DNA of 64,000 bases, from positions 11,189,745 through 11,253,744 of the forward strand of contig NC_057749.1 in NCBI RefSeq assembly GCF_004010195.1, read 5' to 3'. The stretch is from Chiloscyllium plagiosum (Eukaryota). Below, piece by piece: positions 61,080 through 64,000 of this stretch (position 1 is its first letter; each line of letters opens with the position of its first letter). Both the position numbers and the translations under genes were made by a program. Under the pieces are notes generated by a model. The model made no database searches. It was given only the letters and a program-made list of their open reading frames with translations, and was not told where the DNA came from.

Positions 61080-64000
61080 TAGCACGAGAGAGTGTGCACG
61101 CAAGTGAGAGAGAGCACGCGCGGAGAGACAGAGAGAGACCGCATAAAGAGAGAGGGAGAGAGAGTTAGAGCATGCGAGAGAGAGAGAGAGAGAGAGCGCA
61201 TGAGAGAGAGAGAGAGCACATGAGAGAGCTCACAAAAGCGCGAGTGAGAGAACGCAAGAGCGAAACAGCGAGAGAGACAGCGCGGGAGACAGTGAGCGCA
61301 GGAGTGAGCATGCGGGACAGAGAGCAAGCGTGAAAGTGCGTGCAAGAGAGTGTGAGTGCATGAGAGAGAGAGCGGAGAAAGAGCGCGAGAGAGCAAGAAC
61401 GCGAGAGATCGAGAACACAAGAGAGAGCCAGCACACAGGACAGAGATAGAGAGCACGGGAGAGAGAGCACGGGAGAGAGAGCACGGGAGACAGACAGTGC
61501 GGGGAAGAGCGAGCACACGGGACAGAGCGAGCATGCGGGACAGAGCAAGCGCGGGTGCGAGAGCGCGAGCACAACAAAGAGCAAGAGAGAGCACGAAAAA
61601 GAGAGCAAGAGCGCTCTCTCTCTCTGTCGCACGTTTTCTCTCTCCATGCACGCACTCGCTCTGTCGCACGCGCTCTCTCTCTCCACGTGCGCTCTCGCGC
61701 GCGCTCTCTCTCTGTCACGCGTTCTCTCTCTCTCCGCGCGCTCTCTCTCTTTCTGTCGCATGCTCTCGCTCTCTCTCTGTCGCACGTTTTCTCTCTCCAT
61801 GCACGCACTCGCTCTGTCGCACGCGCTCTCTCGCTCCACGTGCGCTCTCGCGCGCGCTCTCTCTCTGTCACGCGTTCTCTCTCTCTCCGCGCGCTCTCTC
61901 TCTTTCTGTCGCATGCTCTCTCTCGCGCGCGCGCTCTCTCTCACTCTCCGCGCACGCGCTCTCTCTGTTGCACGCTCTCTCCACGCGTGCTCTCTCTCTC
62001 TCGCGTTCTCTCTGTCGCACGCTCTCTCACTCGCGCGCTCTCTCTCTTTCTCCGCGCGTGCGCTTTCTCTCTCTCTGTCACGTGCTCTCTCTCTCGCGCA
62101 CTCTCTCTCTATCGCACACTCTCTATCGCGCGCACGCACGTGCTCTCTCTCGCTCTCTCTCTCTCTATCGTGCGCTCGCTCTCTCTCTCTGCGTGCACTC
62201 TCTCACTGTCTCTCTATGTCGCACGCTCTCTCGCTCTCCGCACGCGGTCTCTCTCTCCGTCGCACGCTTTCTCTAACTCGTGCATGCGGTCTCACTCTCC
62301 GTCGCGGGCGCTCTCCCTTGCGCGCTCTCTCTCTCTCGCATGCTCTCTCTCTAACTCGCGTGCGCGCTCGCTCTCTCTCCGCGCGCACTCTCTCTCTAGC
62401 GTGCCCGCGCTCGCTCACTGTCTCTCTCTGTCGCACGCTTTCTCTAACTCGCGCACGCGGTCTCACTCTGTCACGCGCTCTCTCTCCACGTGCGTCTCTC
62501 TCTGTCGTGGGCGCTCTCCCTCGCGCGCACTCTCTCTCTCTATCGCACGCTCACTCTCTCTGCGCGCGCTCTCTCTAACTCGCGTGCGCACTCGCTCTCT
62601 CTCCGCGCGCTCTCTCTCTTGTGCGCGTGCTCTCGCTGTCGCACGTATTCTCTCTCTCTCTCCGCGCGCGGTGTCCCTAACTCGCACGAGAGAGTGCGCG
62701 CACACGAGAGAGAGAGAGAGAGAGAGAGAGTGCGCGCACACGAGAGAGAGACAGAGAGTGCGCGCACGAGAGAGAGCACACGAGAGAGAGAGCGCGCGCG
62801 CACGAGAGAGAGAGAGCGCGTATGAGAGAGCGCGCCGCACGAGAGAGAGCGTGCACGAGAGAGAGCGCGCGTGCACGAGAGAGAAAGAGCGCGCGCGCAC
62901 GAGAGAGAGCGCACGCGTACGAGAGAGAGTGCGCGCACGAGAGAGAGCACGCGCGCGCACGAGGGAGAGAGATAGTGCGCGCACGAGAGAGTGAGAGAGC
63001 GCGCGCGCACGAGAGAGTGAGAGCACGTGCACACGAGAGTGTGAGAGCGCGCGCACGAGAGTGAGAGCGCGCGCACGAGTGAGAGCGCGCGCACGAGAGA
63101 GAGAGCACGCGCGCACGAGAGATAGCGCGCATGCACGAGAGAGAGCACGAACGAGGGAGAGCGCGCACGAGAGAGAGGGAGAGCACGCCGCACGAGAGAG
63201 AGAGCGCGCGCACGAGAGAAAGAGTGCGCGCAGGAGTTAGATAGAGAGTGCGTGCACGAGAGAGTGAGACACGTGCACACGAGAGTGTGAGAGCGCGCGC
63301 ACGAGAGTGAGAGCGCGCGCACGAGTGAGAGCGCGCACACGAGAGAGAGAGCACGCGCGCACGAGAGATAGAGCGCGCACGAGAGAGAGGGAGAGCACGC
63401 CGCACGAGAGAGAGAGCGCGCACGAGAGAAAGAGTGCGCGCAGGAGTTAGATAGAGAGTGCGTGCACGAGAGAGTGAGTGCGCGCACGAGAGAGAGAGTG
63501 CGCGCGCAGGAGAGAGAGAGTGCGCGCAGCAGAGAGAGAGTGCACGCAGGAGAGAGAGTGCACGCAGGAGAGAGAGTGCGCGCAGGAGAGAGAGAGTGCG
63601 CGCACGAGAGAGAGCGAGAGCGCGCGCACTAGAGAGAGCGAGAGCGCGCGCGCATGAGAGTGAGAGCGCGCGCACACGAGAGCGAGAGCGCGCGCACACG
63701 AGAGAGAATGAGCGCACGAGAGAGTGCGCTCTTTCGTGCGCGCACACTCTCTCGTGCGCACACTCTAGCGTGCGCACACTCTATATCTCGCTTGCGCGCG
63801 CACTCTCTCTCTCGCTTGCGCGCGCACTCTCTCTCTCACTCGTGCGCGCGCGCACTCTCTCTCTCACTCGTGCGCGCGCGCACTCTCTCTCTCACTCGTG
63901 CGCGCGCGCACTCTCTCTCGTGCGGCGCGCTCTCTCTCTCGTGCGTGCTCTCTCTCTCTCGTACGTGCTCTCTCTCTCTCGTGCACGCGCGCTCTCTCTC
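61080..64000. repeat. CpG-rich (GA)n/(GC)n/(CA) low-complexity satellite with strand flips
   Basis: Purine-rich at 61080-61610 and 62685-63725, pyrimidine-rich at 61610-62680 and after 63730; includes a 153-bp direct repeat at ~61615-61920. Confidence 0.9.

Noticed and set aside
61019-63777. Many long overlapping ORFs (up to 479 aa) rich in R/E/A/S/L
   Set aside because: Stop-free in most frames only because the satellite lacks TAA/TAG/TGA; no protein signal.

Overview
Eukaryotic, repeat-rich vertebrate DNA, most likely a cartilaginous fish. This is inferred from HE1-type V-SINEs with (TCTAA)n tails, abundant CR1/HER1-like LINEs and Penelope-like elements (PLEs). Three host genes can be read exon by exon. 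(1) The 5' end of LRRC49 (- strand; coding exons 24701-24742 and 4815-4886, remainder outside the window or not located). (2) A complete three-exon LARP6 (+; 32549/32831-33000, 36232-36430, 44876-45952), head-to-head with LRRC49. (3) The last three coding exons of TM2D3 (-; 60515-60689, 57899-57974, 48696-48861), tail-to-tail with LARP6. Most remaining sequence is decayed CR1, RTE, Rex1, Tx1, PLE, SINE and Tc1/mariner-type MITE DNA, and most ORFs in the supplied track are TE debris or low-complexity artefacts. The most notable signal is about ten PLE-derived insertions from at least four families with one shared architecture: a fold-back (inverted) pseudo-LTR pair, a ~30-35 nt tail on one arm only and, where readable, a 9-14 bp target duplication. 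Most carry a recognisable minimal hammerhead-ribozyme motif (CUGANGA-N-stemII-GAAA-NN-UH) whose stems covary between families and whose stem III is a self-complementary ACGU/AGCU. Several are tiny (200-570 bp) non-coding hairpins, and in some the inversion point falls on the ribozyme. All homology statements are from recall, not database searches.
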